64,000 nt of DNA from a virus. Its lineage: Duplodnaviria > Caudoviricetes. The stretch's first letter is position 1. Every line of letters begins with the position of its first letter. The notes below the pieces were generated by a model. It searched no databases. It was not told the DNA's origin and was given only the letters and a program-made list of their open reading frames with translations. This document shows, piece by piece, positions 49,362 to 58,932 of the stretch. A program made the position numbers and the translations under genes. Location of the stretch: the IMG/VR virus record IMGVR_UViG_2061766007_000941, positions 5,679-69,678 of that record; one strand, 5' to 3'.

Positions 49362-51326
49362 TTATTTGTCAATCAATGTATCTCCATCAACTATCAAGTT
49401 ACATTCCTCTGCAATCTCAGTTTCAAATCTAGTTGAACGAACTGATTTAAATCCATTAAGCTCACACCATAGTGTGTATTCAGAATATATTTCATCAAAC
49501 TTTTTACTTTTAAGATACGCCGTTGTAATCTTCTTAGCATTAATCCAACTAAGAACACTTGAGTTTTCAATCTTATATTCTTGCATAATTTCTTTAACAC
49601 TATCTGGCATTGTAAACTCATGACTAGATGTAAGAACTTTTTGAATTGCATACATGCTTTTATAAGCTATATACTCTAAATCTTTCATTAAATCATCATG
49701 GAACTTTGCTCCATCAACAAGACTTACTTTACTTAAGTTTGCATTGAATGGAATGATTATTAATTTTCTATAGAAACCATAACTTGTATCTGGTGTACGA
49801 GGTAACTTGTTTGCTGAGAAGAATAATGTCGCAAACACGGTGTCCGAGAATGGATGTGCATTCTTTCTCTCTATAGTTATTTCATCTCCACCACATATTT
49901 GTTTAAATAGGTCACTATCTTTTAAAGGTTGTGCTGATATATCACCACTAAGTGATACCAATCTATTGTGTAATTCAGCAACTCTAAACTTTTCTCCTAA
50001 ATCTTTAAATGAAATACTGGTACAATTTTCTCTTCCAGCTATTTCCTTAATGATATCTAGGAATGTACTCTTACCATTTCTACCTCCACCATATAATAGA
50101 AATGCTTTATGTAATGCTTGAGTCTTTAGGAAACTATATCCGATAGCTTCATATAATAATCGCTCACAGTCTTTATCTCCACAAGTGGCTGTAGCAAAGA
50201 AGTCATCAGCTGTAGGTCCCACAGCATCTGGATTCCAGTTAACATGTAACTGAATTGTTTCTAAATGTTCTGGACTATGAGGTTCAAAACTCATATCCTT
50301 TAAGTCTAGTCTACCATTTAAGAAAGAAACTTTGAAAGGATCTTTATTAAATTCAGTAGGACTAAGCTCTAATAAATTATTTAAATACTTTATTACTTCA
50401 ACTTTTTGAAAGTCTTTTAACATAGGGCAGAACTTTGTAATCACACCCTTAACATAATCATCATTACTTACATAAAGACCTTTCTCCTCATCATAATAAT
50501 ATAAGAGTTTAGTCTTTGCATCCTTTTTAATCTTTAGGAAATCTATTAGGAAATTTCCCATTAGGTCATGTTTAAATGTAGAACCATCAAAGAACTTTTG
50601 CTCTGGAAGGTTCTCATTATTACTAGGTCGTAGCATTGTATCCTCCATCTCTTTTTCAGATAAAGGACTAGTTGCTACATATTTATTAATTAATCTAATG
50701 CATTCAGTTCTTTCATCAGGAGATAAGTTTGTAGTCTTTAATCTCCATAGTTGTCTATTATAAGTATCATTTCTAGCTTCCTTTAAAGGAAATTCTATGA
50801 AGTTATCCTCTGGTTTCTTACCTCTTTTAAATATAGGTGTTAACCAGAATGGCAACTTCTCAATACCATTATAATAAATAACCTCTCTATCAGATAATTT
50901 CTTACTGGTATTTATTCTTGGGTTTTTAAAAGCTGTTGTTATAAATGACTTTCCATTGCAATGTACAATAGTGTCACAGAATGCTCCAACAGCTGTAATA
51001 TTACAGACAGTTTTTATATTGTAATCACTCTTGGCATAGATGTGCATACCTCTATGTGTTTTAACACACATAACTTTTTCTTTTCTGTCTTGTATTATTT
51101 TAAAAACTATATCAGATGTTGTCCTGTCATCAATATCTATAACAATATATCCTTCAGGAAGTAGCCACCCTATTTCCATATCAGGTTCTGTGTTTGCAAT
51201 CTTAACTATTTCAGTGAATGTCAGAGGAGTTAGCTTTTGTCCGGTAACCGGTTTGCCTTCATGTAATCTTACATAGCCAGCACGGTTGCCATTGTACTTC
51301 TCATTAAATTCTTTAAAAGTTATCAT
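49362..51326 (-). CDS. Primase-helicase (prim-pol N-terminus, P4/D5-type SF3 helicase)
   Basis: VIDID and KTHRGMHIY primase motifs; YGGGRNGKST Walker A; FSANKLP. Confidence 0.88.
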   Translation of the reverse strand: MITFKEFNEKYNGNRAGYVRLHEGKPVTGQKLTPLTFTEIVKIANTEPDMEIGWLLPEGYIVIDIDDRTTSDIVFKIIQDRKEKVMCVKTHRGMHIYAKSDYNIKTVCNITAVGAFCDTIVHCNGKSFITTAFKNPRINTSKKLSDREVIYYNGIEKLPFWLTPIFKRGKKPEDNFIEFPLKEARNDTYNRQLWRLKTTNLSPDERTECIRLINKYVATSPLSEKEMEDTMLRPSNNENLPEQKFFDGSTFKHDLMGNFLIDFLKIKKDAKTKLLYYYDEEKGLYVSNDDYVKGVITKFCPMLKDFQKVEVIKYLNNLLELSPTEFNKDPFKVSFLNGRLDLKDMSFEPHSPEHLETIQLHVNWNPDAVGPTADDFFATATCGDKDCERLLYEAIGYSFLKTQALHKAFLLYGGGRNGKSTFLDIIKEIAGRENCTSISFKDLGEKFRVAELHNRLVSLSGDISAQPLKDSDLFKQICGGDEITIERKNAHPFSDTVFATLFFSANKLPRTPDTSYGFYRKLIIIPFNANLSKVSLVDGAKFHDDLMKDLEYIAYKSMYAIQKVLTSSHEFTMPDSVKEIMQEYKIENSSVLSWINAKKITTAYLKSKKFDEIYSEYTLWCELNGFKSVRSTRFETEIAEECNLIVDGDTLIDK

Positions 51327-51607
51327 TCAAATAATTCTTTCAATTGATCAATGCTTCGTACTTCCATAGCAACACCTCCACTTTCTCTGATTAATTCTAG
51401 TTTTATTTTTTGCAAATCACTTAGAACTGATCCTTGCTTTAATTCGAATGCATAGAACTTACCCTTGTGACAGCATATGATATCAGGTTCACCCTCTAAT
51501 TGATAGGATGACACATGTATCTTAATAACATATGCTCCAATACTATGTAGATAATTTATTACTTTTGTTTGGAACGCTGACTCAAGGGCAACTTTTCTTT
51601 TTACCAA
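51323..51607 (-). CDS. VRR-NUC nuclease (Holliday junction resolvase-like)
   Basis: ESAFQTKV...GEPDI...FELK. Confidence 0.85.
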   Translation of the reverse strand: MVKRKVALESAFQTKVINYLHSIGAYVIKIHVSSYQLEGEPDIICCHKGKFYAFELKQGSVLSDLQKIKLELIRESGGVAMEVRSIDQLKELFE

Positions 51608-52098
51608 GCTATATCTTCATCAGTTGTTACATCATAAGATTCAGTATCTTCAATAGTAGTTTCTTCTACTGGTGCAACAGGAGTTTGAGCTGGTGCACTT
51701 GAAGTTTTGTTGCTAGCTTTATATTTAACAGATTGATAATCATTTCCGTCATTACCTTTTCTAACTAATAACTCTACAGTTACAGCCTTATTTAATAATA
51801 ATGCTTCAATATCAACCTTAGCTGCCTCATCTTCATTGTATGGGCAACCTGCAGATTTTCTTAGGTTACGATATTTCCAAGAGAATTGTCCCTTTGGATC
51901 GAAAGATACTCTATCCCAGAATAATCTTCCTTTATATTTTCCATCACTAATTACTTTGAATGTGATGTTTAGAGTGTCAGGCCAGTCCTTGTCCATTTCT
52001 ATTTTAGTAATTTGGGCAATTTCTTCAGCACTAACCATTACTTCAAAACTTTTATCATTACTTGTATCTTGTTTTCCTTGATTAATAAATAAACTCAT
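51601..52098 (-). CDS. Phage single-stranded DNA-binding protein (DUF669-like)
   Basis: LNITFKV..GKYKGRLFWD; acidic tail ending EDIAW. Confidence 0.6.
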   Translation of the reverse strand: MSLFINQGKQDTSNDKSFEVMVSAEEIAQITKIEMDKDWPDTLNITFKVISDGKYKGRLFWDRVSFDPKGQFSWKYRNLRKSAGCPYNEDEAAKVDIEALLLNKAVTVELLVRKGNDGNDYQSVKYKASNKTSSAPAQTPVAPVEETTIEDTESYDVTTDEDIAW

Positions 52099-52099
52099 A

Positions 52100-52966
52100 C
52101 TACTTCTCTCCTTCTTCTTTTACTTCATTACTCATCTTCGCATTAGCTACTGCTAATAAAGTTCTATTTACATCACTAGCAACAGCCATAGTTGCATTAA
52201 AATTTTCTAATAACTTATGGTAGTCTTCTGATAAAGGGTCAGCCTTTTCAACAGCTTCTACTATAGGTTTTACTTTTGTATCTAAAACTTCAGCTAGTTT
52301 TTTTAAATCTTCTATCATACTATTTACCTCCCTTCACTGTAGTTTTCTTTTTTCTACCAGGAGTTTTCTTAGCTGTAGTTTTCTTTTCAGCTTTTTCTTT
52401 ATTTACTCCCATAATTTTATCTAACTCTTCTTGTTTAGTCTTTTTATCTTTATCACTAGTAGCTAAGTCACTTAAATCAATAAGGATTTCTACTAGAGTC
52501 TTGTCATCAGAACATACCATTTTCTTTAGGTAGTCTAAATCTTTGTCTTGGATATAATTCTTTCTATACATATCCTTTAATGTGCTTGTAATGAATCCCA
52601 TTACTTCTGCAGTGGAACCCTTTACTATTTCTTTGTGTCTAAATAGACCATTTTTAACTATTATTTTCATATAATCTCCTCATAATATATTTTATATCCA
52701 TATGCTGATCTACCTTTACCTTTAAGGCATTTGTACATGTAGCTTCTGTCACATACAATATTTTTTCTTTGATAGAAGTATTCAATTAAATTCTTCATAT
52801 CTAGAAATTTAAGAACTTTTCCTATGTCATGATCTTCTAATACTATCATCTTTTTATCATGTGCAATAGCCCAGGCTCTATCAACTTCCTTAAGTTTGTA
52901 TCTATCAGGAAGGTTATTGAATGCCTCCCTGAACGCTACAACTAGATCTTCATCACTACTTTTCAT
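52100..52966 (-). CDS. Three hypothetical genes (52100-52318; 52320-52670; 52667-52966 with NUMOD1-like C-terminus)
   Basis: Tiled ORFs; RSYMYKCLKGKGRSAYGY in the third. Confidence 0.55.
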
Positions 52967-53756
52967 TAATCATTTTGTCCAATACATTTTTCTTGAACTT
53001 ATCATATGTTAAGTCAGCAACTTTTTCAGGAACTTTAAAGTCTTTAGGCTTTCTACATTTAGTTACTAAGTATGGATGTGGTCCAATGTATGTAACAAAG
53101 TTTGTTTTTTCAACAACATTATTGTTACTATCAAGACTTTGATCTCTTTCTACTTTTGTATACCAAACGAATGATGCTTTAGCACATAAACTAACAGCAC
53201 TTGAAGTCATTAGACTAGGGATTAATGTGTTAAAGTCTGGATTGCTATCATCTTTCATTTCTTTTTCATGAGCAATAGCAACTACTCTAGCACCAGTTTT
53301 CATATGTAAATACTTTAATAAGTTATATACATCTTCTTGACTATCCTTTGCTTGTCCCCAAAGTTGTAATGTCATAGAAGTTTTATTACTAGAAGATTTT
53401 AAATGTTTCTTAATTATAAATTCTAATTGTGTTAATGAATCAACTACAATAGTTGAATACTTAACTGGAACTTGTTTGCCATCTACTTCTGAATAACCTC
53501 TAACTACATCTTCAAGAACTTCATCTAATTCTTCAAAGGTTTCAATTGGAACCCAGTCAATAAGTTCTTTATCCTTAGCTGCTACTGAACCAATACCACC
53601 TTCTAAGATATCTAGGTATAACATTGGTGCTTCTTTTGTTTTTGGAAATGTAGAAGCAAGAACTGTTTTACCTGTACCTGATTTTCCATAGATGATATAA
53701 ACTTCATCTATAGGAGCTTCACTAGCTCTTTTCTTTTTGCTTTGAAGTATACTCAT
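52956..53756 (-). CDS. AAA ATPase (Sak4 / phage nucleotide-binding protein-like)
   Basis: IYGKSGTGKT, LDIxEGG, IVVDSLT, IAHE. Confidence 0.8.
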   Translation of the reverse strand: MSILQSKKKRASEAPIDEVYIIYGKSGTGKTVLASTFPKTKEAPMLYLDILEGGIGSVAAKDKELIDWVPIETFEELDEVLEDVVRGYSEVDGKQVPVKYSTIVVDSLTQLEFIIKKHLKSSSNKTSMTLQLWGQAKDSQEDVYNLLKYLHMKTGARVVAIAHEKEMKDDSNPDFNTLIPSLMTSSAVSLCAKASFVWYTKVERDQSLDSNNNVVEKTNFVTYIGPHPYLVTKCRKPKDFKVPEKVADLTYDKFKKNVLDKMINEK

Positions 53757-53774
53757 AATCGTTCTCCTTTCTTT

Positions 53775-54003
53775 CTGCAGTTGTTCACTGCTTGCAACAT
53801 ATAAGAATGCTCATTCCAGGATTTACTCCTCAACCCTAAGAGATCTCGTGTAGTCGGTTCGTGTCGTGCTCTTTCAGAATTGTAGGTTTAACTACTTATC
53901 TAGGTACGCTAGATACTATTCTTCCGTCACGGTAAGGTAACTACTGGTTTAACAGTGGTAGCTACTCCACCATCTTCCTCTTATATGTTCCAAGCAAGGA
54001 ACA
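53775..54003 (-). ncRNA. Highly structured ~230-nt intergenic RNA / leader
   Basis: 11-bp long-range stem (53796-53806 with 53979-53989) enclosing several hairpins; no ORF; strand inferred from flanking genes. Confidence 0.5.
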
Positions 54004-54004
54004 A

Positions 54005-54364
54005 CTAAAGTCGTTCTGCTCTAAATATTTGTCCCTTTTTAGAATATAGCATTGTTAATCCATAGTGTGCAAGTATCTTAAGTATATCATTTTCCATAAA
54101 AGCTGTCATCTCCCTTTCACTTTTATATGATAAGTGCATTGTGCTTTGTGCAGAATGTGCTGTTGATGCTACTTTTATGTATAAATTTATTGTTCTGTCT
54201 TCATATAATTTTCCTTGTGCATAAAATAATAAGCATGCGTCATCAGGTGTATGATAGACATCTGCAATATTTGATAGGTGGTAATCAATATTTTGTCTAA
54301 ATAAATTAAGTGAACCTCTGGATGAACCAGTTGTTACTGTTCTTTGAAATATTATAGTGTTCAT
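54005..54364 (-). CDS. Hypothetical protein (start MNTIIF)
   Basis: GGAGG RBS, consensus promoter upstream. Confidence 0.65.
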   Translation of the reverse strand: MNTIIFQRTVTTGSSRGSLNLFRQNIDYHLSNIADVYHTPDDACLLFYAQGKLYEDRTINLYIKVASTAHSAQSTMHLSYKSEREMTAFMENDILKILAHYGLTMLYSKKGQIFRAERL

Positions 54365-54380
54365 CTTACCTCCTAAATAC

Positions 54381-54409
54381 ATTGTACACTATAGTGGATA
54401 TAATGTCAA
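54381..54409 (-). promoter_or_regulatory. SigmaA promoter overlapped by palindromic operator
   Basis: TTGACA-17-TACAAT; TGTACACTATAGTGGATA at 54383-54400. Confidence 0.8.
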
Positions 54410-55329
54410 TTACTTTTTTTAATTTTATCAATGATAATTTGTCTGTCATCTAATGTAGGATTATAATAATCTAAATTACATAGATCAACATAAGGGCAGT
54501 AGTCACATAATGGTCCATGAACCCTTTGTTTTTTACCACTCTTGCATCCTTGATATGAATCATATAAGTCTTGAATATTAGAATCAAGAATATTTGTATC
54601 TAATAATTGACATCTTGTTCTTCTGAATAAAGGATGACCACGCTTCTCTAAGTAATCTAATACTCCTTGGTATTCTGGGGCAGTATCTAATCCCATTTCA
54701 CATAACTTATTATAGTAGTCTTCATATAATACCAAGCCTAGTTTATTCTTATCAGCACTTGGTTTACCATTCATATTTAATGGCACTGGTTGGATCTTTG
54801 CAATTCTAACCTCATCAATTTCATATGCATCAGGTAGAATATTTAAGTGATCCTTAACTAAACTACAATAAGTTAGTAATTGAGTATTATATTTAACTTG
54901 ATTAGTGGTATATTTTAATGGTTTTACAGTTGTTTTAGTATCTCTTAATATTGTTATACCATCTTTCTCAACAAGACGGTCTATGATACCTTTAAATGTG
55001 TCACCATCTTCCCACTCTTCTACAAGTTCTAACTCACTTCCTATAACTTTTTCAGATGTTATATCATAATGAGCTAGATATCTTTTAAATACATCTTCAA
55101 GTAATCCTGATTCAGTAGATAATACACCTACTTTTACTTTAGTTTCATAATCATTTATTACTGATGTATAGTCTTCACCTTTGGTTGCTTTATCTAAGCA
55201 TTGATGGAATAAATCTCCTAGGATTAGGAATTCATTTCCTTCAGTATATATCTTTTCATCATACATATAGGAATGTTTTCTTGGACATTGGTTATATGTA
55301 CTTAATCTTGAATAACTAAAGTTTCCCAT
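54406..55329 (-). CDS. PD-(D/E)xK exonuclease (Cas4/RecB-like)
   Basis: SYSRLSTYNQCPR, GIIDRL...DTKT, C-terminal CDYCPYVDLC (four Cys in total). Confidence 0.85.
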   Translation of the reverse strand: MGNFSYSRLSTYNQCPRKHSYMYDEKIYTEGNEFLILGDLFHQCLDKATKGEDYTSVINDYETKVKVGVLSTESGLLEDVFKRYLAHYDITSEKVIGSELELVEEWEDGDTFKGIIDRLVEKDGITILRDTKTTVKPLKYTTNQVKYNTQLLTYCSLVKDHLNILPDAYEIDEVRIAKIQPVPLNMNGKPSADKNKLGLVLYEDYYNKLCEMGLDTAPEYQGVLDYLEKRGHPLFRRTRCQLLDTNILDSNIQDLYDSYQGCKSGKKQRVHGPLCDYCPYVDLCNLDYYNPTLDDRQIIIDKIKKSN

Positions 55330-55330
55330 A

Positions 55331-57094
55331 CTATTCCTCCTTAAGATATTCTTCTAGTTCTACACCTGCACCGAATGGTCCTACCTCTATATCTGCTACA
55401 AGAGGTACATCCCAAGGTACAGTTATATATTTATCTCTAAATTTTGGGTGTTGCATTATTGATTGAATTTTTAGTATGTTACTTTTAAAGTTTTCATTCT
55501 TTTTAATAAGCATTTCAACACTATCATGTACAGTTGCTACCATTTTAACTTCATCTGGATTCATAGTATTATGTATTTCAATAAGAGCACATAACATTAT
55601 GTCACTAGCTGCTGATTGTACAGGGAAATTAAGAACTCTTCTTAAGAATTTTTGTCTTAAGTCTGGGAAGTGTAAGTCCTTAAATGAAACTTTATATCTT
55701 CTACCCATAATACTTGTGACATATCCTTTAGTCATTAGTTGTTCTTGTGTATCCTTATAGTATTTTGGTAGTTCATGATAGCTTTCAAAGAATTTATTTC
55801 TTATCCTTGTTGCATCTTCTAGTGTTACATCTACACCATAAGAAAGCTTGGCATACTCAACGAATGATTTAGCTTGCATACCATATAGATATCCAAAGTT
55901 AATTGCTTTCGCTTGAGTTCTTTGTTGTTTAGTTACTTCTTCTCTAGGAATACCAGCAACTAAAGCTGCCATGTTTCTATGTAAATCTTCTCCATTATTG
56001 TACGCAAATTTAATTGCTTCAACACCAGCTACGACAGCAGCTGTTCTAAGTTCTGCTTGAGAATAATCCATACAAACCATTTCCCATTCAGGATCTGTTG
56101 ATTGGAATAATGTCTTAAGCTTTTTATTTCTAGGAACTTGTTGAAAGTTTGGATTGTTACAACTTGTTCTACCAGTAACTGTAGTATGTAAATTAAATGT
56201 TGGGTATATCATTCCATCCACTTGTTTATCTAACCAATCTTTTAAGAATGTTAAAGCTTTATCAGCTTCTCTTCTTTTTAAAATTAAATCCACAATAGGA
56301 TGTTTACCACCTAATTTACTTAATGCTTCTATTCCAGTGCCTGGTTGACCAGAGTCTGTATAACAAGGTATTGGCAATTTCAATTGATTATATAAAAGGT
56401 CTTGTAATTGTTTTGGGGAGTTCCAGTTTATATCTGCATAACTCCTTAATTGCAAATCAATATCTTGTAGTGTTTCTTCATATTCTTCAAGTGTATCCTT
56501 TAATTGTTCTACATTAATAGGTACACCATTTACTTCTACATCTCTATATACTTCTGTCACTTTCAAAGTTAATTGATATGACTTAATATCTAGAGGATCT
56601 ATAGTTCTTCTTAATACTTCATATATTTTTCTAGTGTAGTAAACATCATAACCTAGATATTTAGCTACATCTTCTTTAGATTTAGATGTTTTCTTACTTA
56701 AAGATACATCCCAATCTTCTACTCCTAATAATCTCATAGCACAAGGTTTAAGTCCTAGCCATTTTCCTCTGTTATTAATTAGCTCAGAAGCTGATGAACA
56801 GAAGTATGCTAGTAACATTGTGTCATGTGTTATAGGAATTGTGTATCCATAATGAAATTTAATCATCTTAGTATCAAATTTACCATTATGAAATATATTT
56901 ATATAGTTCTTTTTCTCTAGTTCTTTAAGGTATGCATGCATTTTATCTTGCTCAGTGTTACAGTCAATGATAATAGTTTCACCTTTATCATCATCTGTTC
57001 CATCCCAAGTATGTATACCTAACCAATTTATCTTGTCATGTATGTCAAGACCATCTGTTTCAATATCTATACTATTGTATTTCTTCAGATTCAT
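55331..57094 (-). CDS. polA: Family A DNA polymerase with 3'-5' exonuclease
   Basis: DIETDG, HNGKFD, TGRTS, MDYSQAELR, KAINFGYLYG (Phe at the E. coli 762 position), TVHDS. Confidence 0.95.
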   Translation of the reverse strand: MNLKKYNSIDIETDGLDIHDKINWLGIHTWDGTDDDKGETIIIDCNTEQDKMHAYLKELEKKNYINIFHNGKFDTKMIKFHYGYTIPITHDTMLLAYFCSSASELINNRGKWLGLKPCAMRLLGVEDWDVSLSKKTSKSKEDVAKYLGYDVYYTRKIYEVLRRTIDPLDIKSYQLTLKVTEVYRDVEVNGVPINVEQLKDTLEEYEETLQDIDLQLRSYADINWNSPKQLQDLLYNQLKLPIPCYTDSGQPGTGIEALSKLGGKHPIVDLILKRREADKALTFLKDWLDKQVDGMIYPTFNLHTTVTGRTSCNNPNFQQVPRNKKLKTLFQSTDPEWEMVCMDYSQAELRTAAVVAGVEAIKFAYNNGEDLHRNMAALVAGIPREEVTKQQRTQAKAINFGYLYGMQAKSFVEYAKLSYGVDVTLEDATRIRNKFFESYHELPKYYKDTQEQLMTKGYVTSIMGRRYKVSFKDLHFPDLRQKFLRRVLNFPVQSAASDIMLCALIEIHNTMNPDEVKMVATVHDSVEMLIKKNENFKSNILKIQSIMQHPKFRDKYITVPWDVPLVADIEVGPFGAGVELEEYLKEE

Positions 57095-57290
57095 TAATAA
57101 GCTCCATTAGTTCTTCGATACTATTAAGTTTTAAAATTCTTACTAGTTCTCGAGCAACTTCAACTGAGATGTTCTTTTTCTCTCCATTAATGATTTGATA
57201 AATATAAGATCTAGAAATAGTTGTTTCAGTAGCTTTTAACATTTGGTCAACACTACCATATAATTCTTTTATTTTAGAATCAAATTTCAT
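57072..57290 (-). CDS. XRE/Cro-like HTH protein, 72 aa (start MKFDSK)
   Basis: ISRSYIYQIINGEKKNISVEVARELVRIL is a typical XRE recognition helix and C-terminus; AAGGAGG RBS. Confidence 0.7.
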   Translation of the reverse strand: MKFDSKIKELYGSVDQMLKATETTISRSYIYQIINGEKKNISVEVARELVRILKLNSIEELMELINESEEIQ

Positions 57291-58863
57291 CTTTATCCCT
57301 CCTTTTATATATTTCAAACTCGCTATTATTAAAACTCTTTTTGTTTTGTAAGCTTGCCAATCTATATGGTTCAACTGTTCCTTTAACAATAATGTAGTAA
57401 TAATTACATTCACGCGTTTGACCTATTCTTCTGATTCTATATTTAGATTGTTCAAAGTAAATGTATGAATCATGTAAGGAATAATAGATTATGTTGTTAA
57501 TATGTGGGAAATCTAAAGCAGCATTACCAGATACTATTTGTATTACTAAGTAATCAACAGTACCTTCTTTGAATTTTTGTAAAGACTCTGGTGCATCTTT
57601 TGATTGACCATTTACGCAGACGAAATTCTTTTTATTCTTTTTAAGGATTTCACTTACTATCTTTTGCTCCTCATCATATACCGTATAAATAATTGCTTGA
57701 GGACATTTATTAAGTAATTGTGTAAATGCTTCAGCCTTTGGATTGTAAGGTGCTCTATGAGGTGTTCCTCCATCATCATAGATAAAGCCAGAACATAATT
57801 GAGTTAATTTAGTTCTATGCTTAGCACCACTATCTCCTAATGCATACCATCCTTTGCCTTTTAATACTTTAGTCTTTTTAAAATTTCTATAAGTATCCTT
57901 TAAATCCCCTAGTTGACAGTGGATAACCTTTTCAACTTCTTGTGGTAAGTCTATTAGGTTCTCAGTCTTGTCACCATAAGTACATTTAGAAATAATTTCT
58001 TTTAATTCATCACTATGTAATTCTTTTATAGGTTTATAATAATCATCTAATACAAAGAATCTATTATAAAAGTATGTTTTTACTGTTAATAACATAGGAT
58101 TAAGTATTTTTAATTGTGCAAACACTTCATCTCTTTGCTTGTCTTGTGGAGTACCAGTAAAGAGATATTTGTTTTCAGCATTAATAGTACATAAAGTTTT
58201 ATTTATACCAGAAGATACATTCTTTGCTTTATGAGATTCATCTAATATCATACAAGTGTAATTAATATCTTTATATTTATCTACACTTTCATAGTTAGTT
58301 ACCAAGATTGTAAAGATGTCAGGGTTAATTGGTATAGGTTTAGTACTAACTTTAGCATCTGGCAAATACTTTTTTATTTCTGTTGAATATTGTGGAATAG
58401 CTTTCTTCGGAGTAACTACTAAGTATGTGTGCTTTGTAGGATTAGAATCCTCTATCATTTTTATTGCTCCTAATGCTATAAGAGTTTTACCAGTTCCTGG
58501 TCCTAAGAATATACAATATCTTTTGAATCTAGATATTAAGTTTAATGCATTCTTTTGGTGTTCCTTCCAAGTGATTCCATCAAATGTAGGAACTTTTAAT
58601 TGCTTATCCCATTTAGGTACATAGTCTATTTCTTCTTGTTCTACAAAATCTATAACTTCTTGAGCAATATCAAAGTGTGATGATAGAAAACTAGCATAAG
58701 CTTTAATAAAAAGTATAGCTGAGTTATTCATCATACAATAGAACTGTCTACCTCTAGGATGTAAAGTTAAGAATGTGGATTCTCTTAACTTATTATACAA
58801 AGATAGGTTATCCCCGGGATCAAACATCACGAATCCTTTGTATAAATAAATTCGTGGTCCCAT
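57280..58863 (-). CDS. SF2 (SNF2-like) helicase (likely start MGPRIY)
   Basis: GPGTGKT, ILDESHK, TGTP, QSxxRIxRIGQ. Confidence 0.85.
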   Translation of the reverse strand: MGPRIYLYKGFVMFDPGDNLSLYNKLRESTFLTLHPRGRQFYCMMNNSAILFIKAYASFLSSHFDIAQEVIDFVEQEEIDYVPKWDKQLKVPTFDGITWKEHQKNALNLISRFKRYCIFLGPGTGKTLIALGAIKMIEDSNPTKHTYLVVTPKKAIPQYSTEIKKYLPDAKVSTKPIPINPDIFTILVTNYESVDKYKDINYTCMILDESHKAKNVSSGINKTLCTINAENKYLFTGTPQDKQRDEVFAQLKILNPMLLTVKTYFYNRFFVLDDYYKPIKELHSDELKEIISKCTYGDKTENLIDLPQEVEKVIHCQLGDLKDTYRNFKKTKVLKGKGWYALGDSGAKHRTKLTQLCSGFIYDDGGTPHRAPYNPKAEAFTQLLNKCPQAIIYTVYDEEQKIVSEILKKNKKNFVCVNGQSKDAPESLQKFKEGTVDYLVIQIVSGNAALDFPHINNIIYYSLHDSYIYFEQSKYRIRRIGQTRECNYYYIIVKGTVEPYRLASLQNKKSFNNSEFEIYKRRDKDEI

Positions 58864-58876
58864 ATTTACACCTCCT

Positions 58877-58932
58877 TGTACATTATAGTGGACACCTATA
58901 TTCAGTATATCAGACAAAATAAAAAATAGCAA
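58877..58932 (-). promoter_or_regulatory. SigmaA promoter with downstream palindromic operator
   Basis: TTGCTA-17-TATACT (TGa extended, 58932-58904); TGTACATTATAGTGGACA at 58877-58894, between the inferred TSS and the RBS. Confidence 0.75.

Noticed and set aside
53783-53791. GTTCACTGC matching the start of the type I-F CRISPR repeat (possible RNA anti-CRISPR)
   Set aside because: Only 9 nt; the rest of the repeat does not match.
53930-53972. Plus-strand stretch ending in CTCCACCA with a GTTTAA hairpin, resembling a tRNA/tmRNA 3' end
   Set aside because: No acceptor-stem partner, no TTCRA loop and no cloverleaf; treated as part of the larger structured element.
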